A stretch of 60,217 bases of DNA, filler included. It is 4 parts of 4 records of this genome, joined end to end, with 100 filler letters (N's around TTAATTAATTAA, not from the genome) between each part and the next. Parts side by side here need not be neighbours in the genome. Positions count along the whole stretch, not along the records: positions 44,233 to 60,217 come from SRR31156797_543; 3 more parts are not named here. One strand, written 5' to 3'. This document shows positions 57,822-60,217 of the stretch, piece after piece; position 1 is the stretch's first letter; every line of letters begins with the position of its first letter. Made by a program: the position numbers and the translations under genes. The notes beneath the pieces were generated by a model. The model worked only from the letters and a program-made list of their open reading frames with translations, was not told the origin of the DNA and made no database searches.

Positions 57822-58005
57822 TGAACCCGGCCGCCCTCTTGGGTCACGGCATCGGCTTTAAGACCATGGATGAGATTGTCATTGTATATCCCGAGCTGTC
57901 GCGGTGTGGCCTGACTGTCTGGAAGAACGCACAGGTGGCGGAACGGATGAAACGGTTGGGGAGTTCCAGGTCTTTTATTCTTGTAGTTTGGAATAGCTTG
58001 GGCAT
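57822..58005 (-). pseudogene. Decayed NADH:flavin oxidoreductase (Old Yellow Enzyme family) 5' remnant
   Basis: Minus strand from ATG 58005 reads MPKLFQTTRIKDLELPNRFIRSAT; after a frameshifting internal deletion it continues VLPDSQATPRQLGIYNDNLIHGLK-ADAVTQEGGRV; both pieces match the OYE N-terminus. Confidence 0.7.
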
Positions 58006-58108
58006 TTACTTATCTTATTTTTCTCCAACATGATATCTGAACAGAATTCCGGTGCGCTTGGCATTATATTACCTTGAGGATCCTTCCCCCAGGTGAATAT
58101 AGGCTATT

Positions 58109-58813
58109 TTAACCGAATTCCTTAAGTGTGTTCTCAAGCAAAGTTTCCATAAGCGGATAGGTATCCGGAATCTGTTCGGTCCGCGCCAGCACACCCTCTT
58201 TACCGTCGACAAACGGACCCTGTTTCCATTCATGTCCATATTCCATTGCGAAAAAGGCGACCAGTTCCCGGGTGTACTCAGGATGAAACTGTACCCCAAC
58301 CACCGGGCGGCCGTCGCAAATAAAAGCCTGATTGGCGGTGGGTTCGCTAAAGGCCAGCCGGGTGCACCCCGGGGGCAATGAAAAGTGGTCGCTGTGCCAG
58401 TGAAAGGTCACAAATGTTTCCGGAACATTTTTAAAAAGGCATGATTCTTTGCCCTCCGGGGTCAGAAAGACCTTGTTCCAGCCGATCTCTTCATGTTTGT
58501 TGGGAGAGACCTTGGCTCCCAGGGCTTCCGCCACGAGTTGGGCCCCAAAGCAGATCCCAAGGATGATTTTCCCCTCGGCGAGAACGTCGGCGATAAATTT
58601 CTTTTCTCCCGGCAGCCATGGTTTGGTCTCTTCTTCCCAGACATGCTGGGACCCCCCCATGACCATCAGCCAGTCGAAGTTATCTATTTGGGGCGGATCT
58701 TCCATTTTGAAAACATCCGTCTTAGAAACTTTATAACCTTTTTTCTCCGCCCAAATGGCGATATTGGAGCGTGAGAAATCAATGGGATCATGCTCTAACA
58801 GGTGCAGTTTCAT
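58109..58813 (-). CDS. Class I glutamine amidotransferase-like hydrolase, copy 2
   Basis: GICFG, QFHPE; collinear paralog of 44322-45041; start ATG 58813 follows the RidA stop by 1 nt. Confidence 0.9.
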   Translation of the reverse strand: MKLHLLEHDPIDFSRSNIAIWAEKKGYKVSKTDVFKMEDPPQIDNFDWLMVMGGSQHVWEEETKPWLPGEKKFIADVLAEGKIILGICFGAQLVAEALGAKVSPNKHEEIGWNKVFLTPEGKESCLFKNVPETFVTFHWHSDHFSLPPGCTRLAFSEPTANQAFICDGRPVVGVQFHPEYTRELVAFFAMEYGHEWKQGPFVDGKEGVLARTEQIPDTYPLMETLLENTLKEFG

Positions 58814-58814
58814 A

Positions 58815-59231
58815 TTAATTCCTATGGACCATGTATGAGCCGATAATCGCGTCGGCCTCAATCTCCACCAAATGGGCCGGCCTTGCCAGGGCCTTCACTT
58901 CGGCCAACATGGTCACCGGTTTGATCTCTTTGAAAAACTCGGAATAGGCCCTCATGTACTCCTGAGTCTTCTGGATGTCGGTTACATATATGCGGACCCG
59001 GTACACTTCGGACAGCTTTGCCCCAGCCTTGGATAAGGCCTGCTCAATCTTTTGCAGGATGATCTTGGCCTGGAGGTAGGCGTTGTTTTCGCCCTCCACC
59101 ACTCCTTCGGGACTGGTGGACGTGGTTCCGCCCACAAAAACAAAATTTCCCACTTTGACCGCCCGGCTGTACCCTACCTTATCCTCCAGGGGCGCCCCGG
59201 ACGAAAAGTTCTCCCTCCTCAATAAATCCAT
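58815..59231 (-). CDS. RidA/YjgF family protein
   Basis: GYSRAV, VFVGGTT, RVRIYVTD, LVEIEADA. Confidence 0.88.
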   Translation of the reverse strand: MDLLRRENFSSGAPLEDKVGYSRAVKVGNFVFVGGTTSTSPEGVVEGENNAYLQAKIILQKIEQALSKAGAKLSEVYRVRIYVTDIQKTQEYMRAYSEFFKEIKPVTMLAEVKALARPAHLVEIEADAIIGSYMVHRN

Positions 59232-59594
59232 TTTTTATTTCTCCCCACTGTGAATTATGACTTCGCTTTGCCGCCGGACAAGGACGGGGCGCAACCAGAA
59301 GAGGTATACACTCGATCCACTTGCCTAAAGCCTTGGCCTTTAGCCGTTCAATTTCTTCAGCCTTTTAACCACTCCTAATGAATTGGCTTATTGATCGTGC
59401 TGCCCCCCCGATGTTTGAAGGCCCGTCTGTTTGATGTGTCGTAAAATTACCGCAACAAGCGACTTGATTGTTGAGAAGGGTAAGAAGCTGCAGGACAGTG
59501 GGAGTTTCTGCTGCCCTGCAATCATCTATTCTATTTGCGCTTGTATTTCCTATTTAGGCATGGTTTTTTTTCAGCGACTCCAATCGATAGAGGT

Positions 59595-60217
59595 CTATAA
59601 ACGCCAAAATTCCGATTGCAGCTTAATATTCTTAGCCAACCAAGCCTTTTCGGACTCAGACGCCTCTGTCGGTAGAACGGGGATCCCCGCGAAGGGGTTC
59701 GGCACCCCGGAATCCTGGCCGCTCAATGCTTCAATGATCCTCAGGGTGCAAAAAGGCACATAGGCAGGGGAATAACCGCCCTCCTGAAGAGCTACCAAGC
59801 GTCCGTTGCAGTTGCGCTCGGCAATACCTTTCACCACAGAGGCAAATTTACCAAACCCTGATGGGGTCACCTGCATCCGCGCCAACGCGTCGAACAGGTT
59901 GGGATCCTGCCCCGCCGATATCAGCACCAGCTCAGGCTTGAATTGGTCGGCAATGGGAACCACTATTTTCTCCATGGCATAAACATATGCCGCATCTCCA
60001 CCGCCGGCAAGCATGGGGATGTTGACATTAAAACCACGCCCTTTATCTTTTCCGATATCCTTGATCATTCCCCGGTTCGGCGGGTAGTAGTTGTTCTGAT
60101 GGAGTGAAATGAACAGGGTGTTGGGGTCAGCGTAAAAAGCGTCTTCGGTCCCGTTCCCATGGTGAACGTCCCAATCCAGAATCATGATGCGTTTCAGCCC
60201 GTATTTCTGTCGAGCAT
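59595..60217 (-). CDS. Histone-deacetylase family (class II-like) deacylase/amidohydrolase; 5' end outside the window
   Basis: Frame open to the window edge (ARQKYGLKRIMILDWDVHHGNGT); SLHQ, NIPM, SAGQD, QEGGY. Confidence 0.9.
   Translation of the reverse strand, partial: ARQKYGLKRIMILDWDVHHGNGTEDAFYADPNTLFISLHQNNYYPPNRGMIKDIGKDKGRGFNVNIPMLAGGGDAAYVYAMEKIVVPIADQFKPELVLISAGQDPNLFDALARMQVTPSGFGKFASVVKGIAERNCNGRLVALQEGGYSPAYVPFCTLRIIEALSGQDSGVPNPFAGIPVLPTEASESEKAWLAKNIKLQSEFWRL

Noticed and set aside
59232-59594. 363-nt gap between RidA and HDAC with imperfect hairpins and stop-riddled minus-strand frames
   Set aside because: Could be another decayed gene or an RNA element, but I could not match it to any family or riboswitch
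44349-59763. Many plus-strand ORFs in contig 4 (e.g. 48656-49171, 56083-56751, 56972-57466, 57752-58033, 59431-59763)
   Set aside because: Antisense shadows of minus-strand genes or remnants, expected at higher GC; no recognisable domains
1-60217. CRISPR arrays, rRNA, tRNA, integrase/transposase genes, defence or phage genes
   Set aside because: I saw no repeat-spacer periodicity, tRNA or rRNA signatures, or such protein motifs by eye; a covariance-model scan would be needed to exclude small RNAs

Overview
This window is not one continuous locus. It is four unrelated contigs joined by identical 100-nt artificial spacers (44 N + TTAATTAATTAA + 44 N at 17646-17745, 38493-38592 and 44133-44232), probably from a metagenome assembly. 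(1) 1-17645: a co-directional surface-polysaccharide operon with three GT4s, a GT2, a PssD/PssE pair, galE and a priming sugar transferase. It carries an unusually rich tailoring set: deacetylase, CapK-like adenylating enzyme, two methyltransferases, APH-like kinase, thymidylate-kinase-like protein, a membrane nucleotidyltransferase fused to PssD, a DUF362/ferredoxin protein and a B12 radical SAM enzyme. (2) 17746-38492: a very AT-rich Bacteroidota chromosomal core (mnmG, ybeY, dut, ruvB, nadA, rpiB, lutB, hemW, U32 family, tandem GT90). It appears to contain the replication origin (nadA-rpiB gap) and a parS site. (3) 38593-44132: a second Bacteroidota contig (topB, M20 amidohydrolase, CE15-like esterase, DUF1080). 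(4) 44233-60217: a higher-GC contig, plausibly Desulfobacterota, entirely on the minus strand. It reads HDAC-family deacylase, RidA, GATase, YtcJ-like amidohydrolase, amidase, TRAP transporter, biotin-independent malonate decarboxylase (with an MdcC-MdcD fusion), a second GATase and glutamate dehydrogenase, with decayed gene remnants at several module junctions. The best candidates for undescribed systems are the amide-to-malonate catabolic cluster (contig 4) and the polysaccharide-tailoring cassette (contig 1). All family assignments come from motif recognition, not database searches, and taxonomic labels are inferences.
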